Shown: positions 12,405 to 26,826 of the stretch, in pieces
Layout: each line of letters opens with the position of its first letter
How positions within the stretch are numbered: the stretch's first letter is position 1
From: Octopus vulgaris
Lineage: Eukaryota
Length of the DNA: 64,000 nt
Direction: 5' to 3'
Assembly: GCA_951406725.2 (NCBI GenBank)
Contig: OX597819.1
Coordinates: forward strand, 91,698,001-91,762,000
Program-made: the position numbers and the translations under genes
The notes under the pieces: model-generated
Database searches by the model: none
What the model saw: only the letters and a program-made list of their open reading frames with translations
What the model was told of the DNA's origin: nothing

Positions 12405-12679
12405 TGCGTAGTTGTGTGGTAAAGAAGTTTGCTTCCCAACCACATGGTTTCGGGTTCTGCCCTACTCCGTGGAAGTGACTTCTACTTTAGCCTCGGGCTT
12501 ACCAAAAAACTTATGTGTTGGTGTGCTTATGCCCCCCGTAACTTAGCGCTTCGATAAAGAGACCGATATAATAAGTACTAGGCTTAATAAATAAGTCCTG
12601 GGGTCGATTTGTTCGACTAAAGCTCTTCAGGGCGGTGCCCAGCATGGCCATTGTCAAATGACTGAAACAAGTAAAAGAA

Positions 12680-12680
<1 letters not shown>
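12405..12680 (+). mobile_element. SINE family A, internally deleted
   Basis: Head GTTGTGTGGTAAAGAAGTTTGCTTCCCAACC and tail GGCGGTGCCCAGCATGGCC...GACTGAAACAAGTAAAAG. Confidence 0.8.
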
Positions 12681-12719
<39 letters not shown>

Positions 12720-13285
12720 TATATCACATACTTTCATATAAGTGTATGGATATGTATATATTTATAGACACACAGCGCAAGATGGCTGTGGTTGAGTAGA
12801 GATCGCAAGTGTAACCTTTCCGTAGGAAAGACTAGTGCACTCCTAGCTGCTCCACTCACTGGGAACATATGGGTTGAGGGTCTAAACGCTTGTGACCCTG
12901 AGATATCTGCTGACGATACAGAAGGGTTTCCAGCATTGCAAAACTTCTGAGAAACTCTTGCAGTTTCTGCGTGGAGTAATGTATGTATGTACACATACAT
13001 ACACATGTATGTATGTATGTATGTATGTATGTATGTATGTATGTATGTATGTATGTATGTATGTGTATGTATGTATGTATGTATGTATGTATGTATGTAC
13101 GTATGTATGTGTATGTATGTGTGTGTGTATATTGTGAACGAATCATAAATCCGAAAGAGGAGCACACTCGAAGTTACAGAGCAGTAGAATTATTAGATAA
13201 AGATAGTTGTGAAGGGTCTATGGCTAAGTACATTATGGACGTGAAATCCAGATTAACCCCCATAGATCGGCCATAGCTATTTTTA

Positions 13286-13291
<6 letters not shown>

Positions 13292-13320
<29 letters not shown>

Positions 13321-13857
13321 TGTATGTATGTATGTATGTATGTATGTATGTATGTATGTATGTATGTATGGATGGATGTATGTATGTGTGTGTGTATGTA
13401 TGTATGTATGTATGTATGGATGGATGTATGTATGTATGTATGTACGTACGTACGTATGTATATATGTATGTATGTATGTATATATGTATGGATGGATGGA
13501 TGTATGTATGTACGTATGTATGTATGTATGTATGTATGTATGTATTATGTATGTATGTATTATGTATGTATGTATGTATGTATTATGTATGTATGTATGT
13601 ATGTATGTATGTATGTATGTATGTATGTATGTATGTATGTATGTATGTATTATGTATGTATTATGTATGTATGTATGTATGTATTATGTATGTATTATGT
13701 ATGTATGTATGTATGTATGTATGTATTATGTATGTATTATGTATGTATGTATTATGTATGTATGTATGTATTATGTATGTACGTATGTATGTATGTATGT
13801 ATGTATGTATGTATGTATGTATGTATGTATGGATGGATGAATGGATGGATGGATGTA
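13292..13857. repeat. Long compound (TATG)n microsatellite with TGGA and TATTATG variants
   Basis: Direct reading of the sequence. Confidence 0.97.
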
Positions 13858-13865
13858 TATATACA

Positions 13866-14081
13866 CGAGGGGGGGCTGACAAGTTTCTGGCTTTGGGTAA
13901 AAGAAAATACAGGAGGACCAGTTAATTATGATTTTCTGTAACATATTCCTTCTCAGATTCACACACTTGTTGCACTGGTCCTTCAGTTTTTCTTAGCCAC
14001 GTGAAAGAACTCGGAAGGTCGGGTCTCCAACCAAGCCTTTCGCCTTACTCTTAAAGCCAGGAACCTTTCAACACCCCTTCA
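13866..14081 (-). mobile_element. Mariner-derived MITE
   Basis: TIRs CGAGGGGGGGCTGACAAGTTTCTGGCTTT / AAAGCCAGGAACCTTTCAACACCCCTTCA. Same family as 62274-62493 in the opposite orientation. Confidence 0.75.
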
Positions 14082-14389
14082 TGTGTGTGTGTGTGTGTGT
14101 GTGTGTGTATGCATACACACACTCACGCATACACGCACACATGTACATATATATTCTGTTAATCGTCTTGGCTACCATCAGTTTCCTTTTGTTTTCCATT
14201 TTTATTTTATTCCAATTGTCTTTTAGATTGTAACGTCTTTTCACTCCTTTCCCACTCTTCTTTCCTTCCTCCGTTTCTCGTTTGTCTTTTTCTTGCCAAA
14301 TTTCTCCCTTTCGACCTACCGTTCTGTTATTTTTTTTTGTTTCTTAAAGAAACACGTTCTTGGTGCATCCCCCACCCCACCTACCCCCC

Positions 14390-14815
14390 ACCACCGTAAT
14401 CATCATCATCATCATCATCATCATCAACATAAACATCATAAGCATCGTCGTGTCGTCGACGACGTCGTTGGCCTTCTTCGTCCCCCTTCTCCACCTCCTA
14501 ATTCTGATCATCACCGTCGTAATTGTCGTCGTCATCGTCGTAAACCTCCTCCTCCTCCTCCTCGTTCCCTTCTTCTTCTTCTTCTTCTTCTTCTTCTTCA
14601 CTCCTCCTCCTCCTCCTCATTGTCGCTGTTGTCGTCGTAAACATCATCATCATAATCATCATGATCAAGATCATCACCATCACCTCTACCAACATGATCC
14701 TCACCACCACCACCACTAGCACCATCATTATTCTCGTCGTCGCCGTCGTCTTCGTCGTCATCCGCATCATCTTCGTATCCTCCTCCTCCTCCTCTTCCGC
14801 CTCCATCGTCGCCAT
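14390..14815. repeat. Compound trinucleotide low-complexity tract (CAT/CGT/CCT/CTT)
   Basis: Direct reading of the sequence. Confidence 0.9.
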
Positions 14816-15388
14816 TTTTTTCTCTTCTTACATAGATTGAAACGACGTTAGCAACGATATCGACAACCGTCAGAATAATGAAGGATTGCACGACTACATC
14901 TGATTTGCTCTCATGTGAGATGATGTAACGGCACAAAGCCTAACAATGAACATAATATATTTATCTCCAGCGAAGCATGCTTACGTAAAACGAACGGGAG
15001 AATGAGACCGTTATCAGATTCCACTCAGGCAAGATATACCAGCACCAATAGTTTTTCCACGTCTTTGCTTGTTTGCTTAATACCTGTTTATGGCACATTT
15101 GAACAACAACAACAACAGCAGCAACAACAATAACAACAACAACAACAACAACCCCTTCTGCTAAAAGCACAAGGCCTCAAAATGCATTTTGGCTGTGGTA
15201 GTGGTGCGGTACTAGTCGATATCAACGACCCCAGTGCTCAACTGGTAATTATTTTAATGATGATGATGATGATGAAGATGATGGTAATCCTTTTAACAAT
15301 TGGCACAAAGCCTGAAATTTTTTGAGTGGGAGGTGCTAATCCGTTGAATCGCTACTAGTGCTCAACTGGGGTCCATAATATATATATA

Positions 15389-15881
<493 letters not shown>

Positions 15882-16202
15882 ATACATACATATATATATA
15901 TATATTATAGGATATTAAAAAAGATGTGAAAAAACAGAAAGTTATTAATAATAAAGTGTTAGTTTACACCGGTTGAAGGGAAAAGGTGCTGATGAAATGC
16001 AACAGAGATAGTAAAGTCTCCAGAAACTAAAAGTAATCCAACGTTACAAGAGACACGGGAAAGGTTGAACAGTCGGATCGATGCGAAGGCAAATGCTGAG
16101 TGATGGAATCTACGTGGAGGGAGACAGAGAGATAGCAACGTAAGTGGGAGATTGTAAAGGAGTAGAAGAGCGAAGTCAAGGGAGATACACACACACACAC
16201 GT

Positions 16203-16560
16203 ACGAGTGTTATACTGAAAGTAATGTAAAAGTAGGCATTACTATTTTCTTTATTAACTGTTAGTGGTCGTTCAAGTTTTTCCTGTATATAAAGTTATTA
16301 CTCAACATAATCTCTGACATGGGTGTTGCCGAATCCTAATCTAGAAATCTTTTTCAAAAAATTCAGGTGTCGCACTCTTGTGCCCACTTCTTTAGGGTCA
16401 CTCATCTCGTCCGTGTTATCAAATCGCTGCCCGTGAAGACTGCCCTTTTCATTGATGGAAGCTGGAGCGAGCCAGATCTAGGCTGTAGAGGTAATGGGGG
16501 ACCACTGACCAGTCCAAATTACTGATTGCCTTATTTGGTTGCCAAAGATGTATTTAGTTG
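16203..16560 (-). mobile_element. Mariner transposon 3' remnant
   Basis: Minus strand reads AISNLDWSVVPHYLYSLDLARSSFH (= LGWxVLPHPPYSPDLAPSDFH) then HGQRFDNTDEM. TA plus TIR-like CGAGTGTTATACTGAAAGTAATG at 16202. Confidence 0.7.
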
Positions 16561-16828
16561 CACATTCGCAAAAAACTAAATACAGTCGTCTTTAGACTTT
16601 CGTTCCTCCTCCTCCTCCTCCTCCTTCTTCTTCTTCTTCTTCTTCTTCTTCTTCTTCTTCTTCTTCTTCTTCTTCTTCTTCTTCTTCTTCTTCTTCTTCT
16701 TCTTCTTCTTCTTCTTCTTCTTCTTCTTCTTTTTCCTCTTCTTCTCGCTGAGTTATACTTACTTTCCCTGTTGTCTATCTTACTCCTTTTAGGGACCCGT
16801 GAGTGTTAACTTTTGTCACCTATTGTGA

Positions 16829-17155
16829 AGGCGCATGGCTTAGTGGTTGGAGCATTTGACTCACGATCGTAAGGTCGTGAGTTCAATCCCCGGCGACGCG
16901 TTGTGTCCTTGAGCAAGACACTGGTGAGTTTATTTCACGTTGCTCCAGTCCACTCAACTGGCAAAAATGCGTAGTACTTGTATTTCAAAGGGCCGGCCTT
17001 GTCACACTCTGTGTCACGCTGAATCTCCCTGAGAACTATGTTAAGGGTACACGTGTCTGTGGAGTGCTCAGCCACATGCATGTTAATTTCACGAGCAAGC
17101 TGTTCCGTTGATCGTATCAGCTGGGACCCTCGTCGTCGTAATCGATGGAGTGCTC
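16829..17155 (+). mobile_element. tRNA-derived SINE, family C
   Basis: Head GGCGCATGGCTTAGTGGTT...GAGTTCAATCCC followed by GTGTCCTTGAGCAAGACAC. Body shared with 22376-22553 and 54955-55045. Confidence 0.85.
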
Positions 17156-17469
17156 CTGTCACCCATTGTTGCAGAAACAGTTATATCACCGAAAGGCTGG
17201 TTGGATCCCTTGTTTCTTTGTTGCTTTGTGATAAAATTTGAAAATCACCCCCTCTCCCCCAAAAAACAAAACAAAAAAAACAACAACAAAAAACAAGCTA
17301 AAAGTTAAAAAATTAACTATTTCTGGTTTTATTATTTTTTTGCTTCGAATAAATCATTGACTTCAAAGGTGTTAATTCAAAGGGAAGGAATGGAAGGTGT
17401 TAATAAGAAGAAAATGGAACTTGATACTCAAGGCTTTCCCTCCGATTCCACAGGAGCTATTTTAAAAGC

Positions 17470-17626
17470 CGCCTGACAAGCTTCTTTCAGTTTCCCTCTA
17501 CCAAATCCGCTCACAAGGTTTTGGTCGACACGAGACCATAGGAAAGGACACTCGCTCGGGGTGTCATGCTGTGGGACTGAACCTGGAACCGTGTGGGTTG
17601 GAAGCAAACTTATTATCACAGAGCCA
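17470..17626 (-). mobile_element. SINE family A, 5' half
   Basis: CTTCTTTCAGTTTCC...GGGACTGAACCTGGAACC matches the family A head in reverse complement. Confidence 0.75.
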
Positions 17627-17951
17627 CGTCGGCGACTATTAATGTACGCTGGAATATCTAAGTATTTATTTCCGTAATTATGCGTTTTAAAGTGCTTAAT
17701 AATACATTTCGAAATGCTTTGAATGTAAAAAGAGACTTTGGAATACGTAATTTTGAAACGGTTCAATTGCTGTACTGTATTTTGGTCATTATATGTCATT
17801 TGGAATATGTAAAGTGTATTGTGTTAATATGTTTCACAATACATGTTTCTCAATACATATTGTGATGTAAAAGAAACAGCGCATCTTATTCTTCCATACC
17901 TCTTGACTTGTGTGGGATATTTTTAATTCTCTCTCCCCTCCCTCCTCTCTT

Positions 17952-18019
<68 letters not shown>

Positions 18020-18400
18020 CATACATACATACATACATACATACAAATACATATATATATATATATATATATTACACACACATATTCATACATGCAAATA
18101 TAAGCACAAACACACGGACACACACACGCGCGCGCGCACACATGTACATAGATAGTTACACAGAATGTAACTGTCGTTAAGAAGCTCGATCTGCAACTAC
18201 TTAGTTCCGTGTGAAATCCCACTGTGCCGCTCGGTATGGCGTTGACTGGTTATTAGTGACTGCATTTTGTGGAAGGTTACTGTGCGGAAGCCTTTGTGTG
18301 TGTGTATGTGTGTGTGTGAGTGTGTGTGAGTGTGTGTGAGTGTGAGAGAGAGAAAGAGAATGTAAGTATATATATATATTCATGTATTTATTCATATATA

Positions 18401-18477
<77 letters not shown>

Positions 18478-18620
18478 AAACCACCTTTTATCAATTCAAA
18501 ATGAATAATTAAATTACACCATCTATAAAATTACATATAATAGAAAAGTTAAAATTCAAATAACAATTAAAAGTAAAAATTAAGTAAATTACAAGAATCG
18601 TATAATGTATATAATAAGTA

Positions 18621-18662
<42 letters not shown>

Positions 18663-18688
18663 AAAAAAGCAACAAGAAGGGATTAAAA

Positions 18689-18776
18689 TCTCGGTACAAT
18701 TGTTTCGTACGAGGACATCTTTAATAAGCTACAAAAAATGCAGTAAATATAGATGGCTCGTACTCGTCAGCCGAAA
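18689..18776 (-). ncRNA. Type I hammerhead ribozyme (Penelope-type, palindromic minimal stem III)
   Basis: Minus strand: UUUCGG-CUGACGA-GUACGAG...CUCGUAC-GAAA-C-AAUU-G-UA^CCGAGA. All core nucleotides are present, with a 7-bp stem II extended by CAUCU/AGAUG, stem I UUUCGG/CCGAGA and a GUA cleavage triplet. Confidence 0.82.
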
Positions 18777-18887
18777 AAACATCAGAGATTCTCAAACATC
18801 AAAAAGGGTAGATACAAATGAGGGTGTAAGTTTAACTGCATTGAAGAAAGTATTCATTAGAATTCACTTGAATCTCAATTACTTAAA

Positions 18888-18938
<51 letters not shown>

Positions 18939-19512
18939 ATATACATGCGTGTATGCGTGTGTGACAATAAAAAATAGCATATGAACAATGTAGCAATGAA
19001 CGCATTCTTTAATTTGTCACTCATTTCGTTGCGCACGGTGGTGCAGTATATGCGAAACAAGTTCCTTAACCCAGAGGGACATAAAGCGAAAGTACACTTC
19101 GCAAAAAAAAAAAGAACAAAAAAAAATAGAAAATGGCTTTTAATTTCGATATTTATTCAGGGTCTGGGGATACACCAATTCCTGAGTAACGGGGTGGGAA
19201 TGCTTACTAACTTTTTATATTTATTCAGGGTCCTGGCGTACACTAACACCCAAGTAAAGGGTGGGGGGTAGCGAGGACAACAATCACAGAATTTTCGCTT
19301 AATATATGGGATTAAACGGGAGGCTGTTGTGAAAATTCGAAGGCAGTCTTTGCTTACAGGAAAGGGCAATCATGAGTATACACTGGTCTATTAGAATTCG
19401 TTAGCATAGAACATTATCTGACCAAGCTTCTAGATAGTTTCATAGTTATTTTTGCTTTTACATACAGAAAATGAATTACGTATCATTTTTGGTCAATAAA
19501 AATTGCACAGGT

Positions 19513-20127
19513 AAGGCTGCGATCTGGCCGAAACGTTAGCACGTCGGGCGAAATGCTTAGCGGTATTTCATCTGCCGTTACGTTCTGAGTTCAAATTCCG
19601 CCGAGGTCGACTTTGCCTTTCATCCTTTCGGGGTCGATTAAATAAGTATCAGTTACTCACTGGGGTCGATGTAATCGACTTAATCCGTCTGTCTATCCTT
19701 GTTTGTCCTCTCTGCGTTTAGCATCTTATGGGTAGTAAAGAAATAGGTATTTCATCAGCCACTACGTTCGGAGTTCAAATTCCGCCGAGATCGACTTTGC
19801 CTTTCATCCTTTCGGGGTCGATAAATTAAGTACCAGTTACGCACTAGGGTCGATGTAATCGACTTAATCCCTTTCTCTGTCCTTGTTTGTCCCCTCTATG
19901 TTTAGCCCCTTGTAGGCAATAAAGAAATAAGAAACGTTGGCATGCCGGGCGAAATACTTAGCTGCATTTCGTCTGTCTTTACGTTCTGAGTTCAAATTCC
20001 GACAATGTCGACTTTGCCTTTCATCCTTTCGGGGTCGATAAATTAAGTACTCATTGCGTATTGGGATCGATGAAATCGACTGACCCCCTCCCCCCAAATT
20101 TCGGGCCTTGTGCCTAGAGTAGAAAAG
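19513..20127 (+). mobile_element. SINE family B, tandem trimer
   Basis: Three GAGTTCAAATTCCG...GCCTTTCATCCTTTCGGGGTCGAT units, with a terminal GGGCCTTGTGCCTAGAGTAGAAAAG tail. Confidence 0.9.
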
Positions 20128-21284
20128 AATAAAAATTGCGTAGGTGCAGGTCTGACCGTGAGGTTAAAAAGCTTGCTTTATAAGTACGTGCTTTCGGGTT
20201 CAGTTCCACAGCGCAGCATCTCAGGCATGTGAGATTTTTTTCTTCCGTTTGGCTGCTACTTTTCAAAATTTCCGCAGGTACAACCAAACAGAAAAGATTC
20301 AAATGTTAATTAACTGAAGTTTCTCTTTTAGTTGATGTAAAAAAAAAAAAAAAAGAAAAATTGTGGCAGTTGTTCGTGATTCTCAGAAAAAAAGGGAGAT
20401 AATTACAATAAATTAAGATTTGTATATTTGAAATACTGAACGATTCGGGCGATTACAGAAAGGTGTTAATCTCTGTTTTCGATCACGTGAATGCCCACAT
20501 AGAATTTTCATGTAAGTGGTTGATAGGTTGAGTTTTCGGCAAAGGGAACGTGAAGCATATGAGCAGTTTAATAGTTGCTGGTAACAGTTGTTGTACAGGT
20601 AACTGTATACTGTTGTGATAGAACTGTGTTGACAGTAAGCTATCTAAGAGATGGAAAAATGCCATGAAGGTGCCCTTACCGAGCAGGAGGTAGTTGTTGT
20701 GTGCGCGTGCGCGTGCGCGTGCGTGTGGCTGCTTATGAATCGAAATAAAAGAAATTGAAGAAGAAGAAGAAGAAGAGACAGAGGTGGAAAGGAACGAAAG
20801 ATGTATGAAACTTTGCAGTAGAAAGAAATTATCTTGGAATCTGTGACGGTTTATATTTATTATTTGTTGCAGATGGGCACCGTCGGCATAGCTGTGTAAT
20901 TGAGAAGTTTGCATCGCAATCGTGTGGTTTTTAGTTCGATCTCTTTGTGCGGCTCTTTGGCCAAACAATCATTTTTTTTTTGTAATCAAAAAGTGAGCCA
21001 AAACCTTATAAGAAATTTGGTTTATGGAAACTGCATGATAGTCCTATCGCAAGCACTGTTCTCGTTTTGGAACGGTACGCTTAATCCGCTATCTGGCCTA
21101 ATACCGCCACCTGTTCTTAAAATGTTTTAGCAGAGACTATTTTCCCTCCAATAATCGGACCTAATCTCCGGTCTGATTATAAAATACACCCATTCTCTTC
21201 TCCCATCTGTCTCACTAATCTCAGAAGTCTTAGAAAAAGGCCACGATTCTGCCAGCTCACCTATTTAATGAAAATAAGTAAATA

Positions 21285-21288
21285 AATA

Positions 21289-21341
<53 letters not shown>

Positions 21342-21345
21342 TGAT

Positions 21346-21396
<51 letters not shown>

Positions 21397-21469
21397 TATC
21401 ATCATCATCATCACCATCATCATTACCATCACCATCATCATCTTCATCATCGTCGTCGTCGTCATCACC

Positions 21470-21503
<34 letters not shown>

Positions 21504-21517
21504 TTATCATCATCATC

Positions 21518-21549
<32 letters not shown>

Positions 21550-21562
21550 CATCATCATAATC

Positions 21563-21617
<55 letters not shown>

Positions 21618-21620
21618 CAT
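21285..21620. repeat. Compound (TAA)n-(CAT)n-(TTA)n microsatellite
   Basis: Direct reading of the sequence. Confidence 0.95.
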
Positions 21621-22084
21621 CCTTTCTACTAGAGGCACAAGCCCTGAAATTTATGGGGAGGTGCGCTAGTCGATTATATCGACCCCACAAAGCGTAACTG
21701 ATACCCAGAAAGGTTGAAAGGTCCCAGAAAAGAGCTAGCCGTTAAAAGCAAAACAAAACAAATCAAAATCGGTAGAAGTGTGTATGTTATATTAAGCTTA
21801 TTTTCGACCCAATATTTGCGTTTCTATCTTGTCTACATTTACCGAATCTTTATATACTAAAGAGTATTCTTTTACGGTCGTTTTCAGATATCGTATTTCT
21901 ATGTTGTTGTTATTCCTTCTGTAGCTACTTTGGTTACATTTAGATTTAGAAATTCTATCTACAACACGTGATCTAGAAGGACATAGTTAAACGTAATGAA
22001 CAAAGGTGTTAGAATTCTGTGATTGAATAAATGGTTCACACGCATTCTGGGTTCAGACACGATCGAAGAGTGTATCTGAATCTA

Positions 22085-22141
<57 letters not shown>

Positions 22142-22160
22142 ATATACATATATGCATGCA

Positions 22161-22282
<122 letters not shown>

Positions 22283-22283
22283 C

Positions 22284-22368
<85 letters not shown>

Positions 22369-22375
22369 AAGAAGC

Positions 22376-22553
22376 ACACCGTCAGTTACGACGACGAGGG
22401 CCCCCTGCTGATGCGATCAACGGAACAGTTTACTCATAAAATTAACGTGCAAGTGGTTGAGCAATCCACATACACGTGTACCCTTAGCGTAGTTCTCAGG
22501 GAGCTTCAGCGTGACAAGGCTGGCCCTTTGAAATACAGGTACAACTCATTTTT
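22376..22553 (-). mobile_element. SINE family C, 3' half
   Basis: Reverse complement matches 16965-17150. Confidence 0.8.
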
Positions 22554-23697
22554 GCTTTTATTATTGTTATTATTTATTTATTTATTTTTTATTAAATAGG
22601 TGAGCTGGCAGAATCGTTAGCGCGTCGGACAAAATGCTAAGAGTTTAAAGGCTCCGATGAATCTTCTGAGCAATGCGTCATGTCCATCAATTTCTTGCTT
22701 TCGTCTACTGAAGACTTTCTGATTTATTCACATTATGCATCTTTAGTGCGAGTAATATGTTAATTAAACGTCTTGTATAAGATTCCTGCTCGCATACGTA
22801 TAGAGGTGCACATATAAGTAAAATTTATTAATGTTCTTACTATATGTAATGTAATGTAATGTGCATTTGAATGTCGCATTCCAGCAAAGTGTGAATTCCC
22901 TAAAGTTCATAAGAGAAGGAACAAATTCTTCTCTGATGAAGCTTGGCTAATACACGCTTTGCTGAAACACTATGTCTACGCTGTAAAATATGAATAAATC
23001 TAACTATACCATACTTTCATTTTAACATTGTTTCTTACTAGTAGACTAATCTTGTGCACCAGATCAGAACTTCGCAAATGCACACACACACACACACGTA
23101 AAATCTCACTAACTTCATTCACACATGCATGGTTGAAAGAATTTGTGTATGTTTCTACACGTTATATAACAATTTGAACAGGAAGAAACCAACCCCTCCA
23201 AAAGCAACAAAACCAAGTCTTTTCAGACTAGTTTTAGAAAACGATTGTATATATAAGAACCCAGTAAACATCTCTTTTTCTTTCTTCGAATTGACAACTG
23301 CTTTTTCTTTCTTGGAATTGTCAACTGCTTTCTCAGTGCATCACTATCTTCGAATGCCAACCCGATTTCTGTATATCTTCTCACTTCTATGCTACAATAT
23401 TCAGTACGATATTTTCCTTTTATATATCGACATATATTAACTTAAAATATTGTTTTTTTTTTGCGTCTAAATATATTGAAATAAATCCGTATTTATATTA
23501 TTTTCTTTTATTTTCACCGTTTCTTTCTATAGATAGCAATTCATGACATCTCGCTACAAAACTAGAAATTTCTTGTATTCACTCTTTGAAATGTTTCTTT
23601 TCTTTTTCTGTCTTTTGTTTTATATCCTGCTTTATATCCTCTCACTTTTTAATCCACCTTCTGTATGGCTGTGTGCTTGGGCTTATCTCAGTGATTA

Positions 23698-23825
<128 letters not shown>

Positions 23826-24522
23826 GAATGTACATGTATGCGTGCGTATATATATGTATGTATCAACCTATCTATTTATCTATCTAATTGTTTATCGTCG
23901 CATTCTTTTGAAGACATCAGACGACGATGCTACCCAGTGTACCTCTTTTAGAAAACAGAAATTTCTGAGCCAGAAAGCAAAGATAAAACCATATGAAATA
24001 ATGGAATATAAAGAAGGAGACGGAAAAAAATTAACGAAATAACTTTTAAACATTTAAAGAAAAACCAAAATAAGTAAATAGTGAAATATCTTTAAAACAT
24101 TCAACGACTTTTAAAACTTATATCAGAAGAAACTGAACGTTGTAAAATAGTCAAAATGTAGAGGTACTTTGTTTTGCTTTCACTCCGAGCAAGCATATAT
24201 GCCATAAAGCATTTTCTAGTGTATATGCACCATTCCTTGTCTGTTAAATTTTGTCATTATTCCTTATTGTACACGCAATGTTATTTTGTCCTTTCCTTCA
24301 CACATTCGTCAGCCTTTTCCTGTAGTTCTATGCTCTGGCGCTCCCGTTGATAACAGTGGTCATGATTTTAAATAGCGCAAAACCACTACGACGTCTCGGA
24401 AACCAACTGATGAGAAAATCCGCTGCGAATGTTCCTTGCATCGGGATTTTGTCTCCCTTTTCTGCCCGCTATGTTTTCGCCCAGTTTTCGTCTATTTTCC
24501 TCCTTCTCTGTCTAACCTTTGA

Positions 24523-24553
<31 letters not shown>

Positions 24554-24759
24554 TTTCTCTTTTATTTATTTTACTTGTTTCAGTCATTGGATTGCGGCAA
24601 TGCTGGGGCACCGACGTAATTTTTTTTTTAATTGAACAAATCGGTTTCAGTACTTATTCTTAAGTCTGTTATTTATTTATTCATTATTCTTTATTTATTA
24701 TTACTTTGTTATTTTTTCTGTCCTTCATCGCCGGTTTGCGGGATGTGACAGAGTGGGGG

Positions 24760-25340
24760 TGTAATTATTCAATTCACGTTTTCTATTGAGGCTCGGTTCA
24801 TTTTCTATTATGTGTGTGCCCCCCACTCACTAATCTGTCTCACTGTTTTTTTCTGTTCTATGTGTTGATAAAATCTTATCTATTTTATATCTTCCGAAAT
24901 CCGATGTTCTATTTTAGCATTTTGGTATAGCACTGACGAGCTTTTCGCCTCTTTGAGTTCCCACCAGCATTCACTTATCTTCTCACCTATGCTACGGACT
25001 GTTTCTGTAATATACGACGTTGTCCTGTTTCTGCACCGTATCATTGCATACCCTACACAAGAGACTACATTCCTAGTTTTATCTGTGGGCATGCCCTACA
25101 CACTATACAATCTTTATCAGTACAGGGGTTTTTCTCAAATGGGTAGGTTCTACAGATCAGGGATTTTATGGGAGTATTTGGTCTTTCCACTACTTCTATC
25201 CGTAGATTCGTTTTACCTAGTGTTTTTCTAAAACGATACGCTAGTTCATTACCATTAAAAACAATTGGGTTTGTTCTGTTGGTTCAGATATAAACGCTAA
25301 GGCATCAGCATATTCAGTATATGGGAGAAGCACTGCAGGA
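24760..25340 (-). mobile_element. Decayed Penelope-like element, GIY-YIG endonuclease region
   Basis: ORF 24880-25092 reads GYAMIRCRNRTTSYITETVRSIGEKISE (= VYxIxCxxCxxxYIGETxRxLxxRIxEH). Downstream HIIENEPSLNRKRE (= IxxxxPxLN), upstream VLLPY. Confidence 0.65.
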
Positions 25341-26776
25341 TGTTCCCTGATGCGTGTTTGTTGTATTTTAAAGCTGACGGATTCATTTTTCGTTGTTTCT
25401 CATATCGGATAGTCTAGTGTTATTATGAATAGGAAGACAGCAAGGGTGTCACCTTGAAGTAGGCCTGCCAGAATTTTAAAGGACTCAGTGTCAGTGTCAT
25501 AATCGGTAGATAGTCCCTTTGCAAAGTTGTCTTTGTAAAACACCTTAATAGACTCTTAGGGGTGGTTCGTCTGGTCTGGTCTCCGTCTAGCATCCAGCTC
25601 TCACCTGTGGCTCCAGGCATCTGTTTCCATGCAACGGCGGTTACATACTATGTGTATAATTCTTGATGAGTTAGTTTTTGCCTACTTATATATATGAAGA
25701 TCGATTCGCTAAACTCTGCAGGAGAAACTTCGTGGCTCAGCGGAAAATAAAGCGGTTGCAGCAATTCCTTGTGGCGGGCAGAAAGTCAGATAAGGCAGGC
25801 AAGACATCTGGGCCATCCACTGCATCCGTTTCTATTCCTAGCCGTGTTGACCTGGTCGTCATGCCACTAGATTGAAGATGGCTGCGGGCGAAATATATAG
25901 GTTGACGGTGCGTAACGCTTCCTCGTCTTAGACTAAGTTACTGTGCAAGTCATCAGTCATCTCCGCGATGGCTAGATGTTCATCATCACCCCGACGGACG
26001 AATATGCATAAAAAAAAGGATAAAAGAAAAGAAAACATTGAAACGGTAGAATCTGAGCCTACGTGTAATGATTTTCTTCAGTAAGAATATATACAATAAG
26101 TTACTCAAGTGGAATAAATTACTGCAAAAAAGGGTGCACATCGTTTGATCAGAAGAACCATTTTCCTTAACGGTTGGTAGAATGATTTTGTGATTCGAGA
26201 GGAATTTTGCTGCTATTTCTAGCCGATCGAGAAACCACGTAGAGGCACCCTCATTGACCCCCTTTCCTCCATCTAAAATTGTTTTAGATGCTGCGGAGCT
26301 TGACTCTGCTGTTGTTTCCCTTCAGGTCCATCAAGATAGAGAAATACTTCTACAATTCTCAGTACGCATTAGGTAATTAAAAAAAAAATTGAAATCTATC
26401 TCTTTCTATTGTGTTTTCGTCTTTTCTAGCTTTCCTTACAATTCCCCAAATACATAACAATAAACGATCATTTTCAGTCTTTGGCAATTATCTGAAACAG
26501 GAAAAATTGTTTTCATTTCACGAAGTAACATCTTATTAATACTGAGATGAAATTTGTTGGGTATTATCTACGTATGAATGAACACGAACAATCAAACGAT
26601 ATAAACACGCGCGCACACACACACATACACAGCAGAGGGGTTTTATTAAAAGTGCATAAAAGTATGTACGTATATCATATGTATACGTCACTATTTCTAC
26701 ATAAATTTTGTGCCTGCAGGGTCGTCCATGTACATACATACATACATACATATGTATATATATTCAATATAAATAC

Positions 26777-26820
<44 letters not shown>

Positions 26821-26826
<6 letters not shown>

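Noticed and set aside
14293-14936. His/Pro/Asp/Glu-rich ORFs resembling transcription-factor low-complexity regions
   Set aside because: Open in several frames on both strands only because of trinucleotide repeats.
16829-16895. tRNA genes (also 27015-27089, 37645-37710)
   Set aside because: A/B boxes are present, but they run into SINE bodies and lack a properly paired acceptor stem.
22925-22980. Hammerhead-like CTGATGA...GAAAC..GTC motif
   Set aside because: Core boxes are present, but stem I does not pair in either type I or type III topology. At best a decayed copy.
24330-24520. Candidate exon after TTTTCCTGTAG
   Set aside because: No recognisable protein and no donor support. The frame runs into a (TA)n tract.
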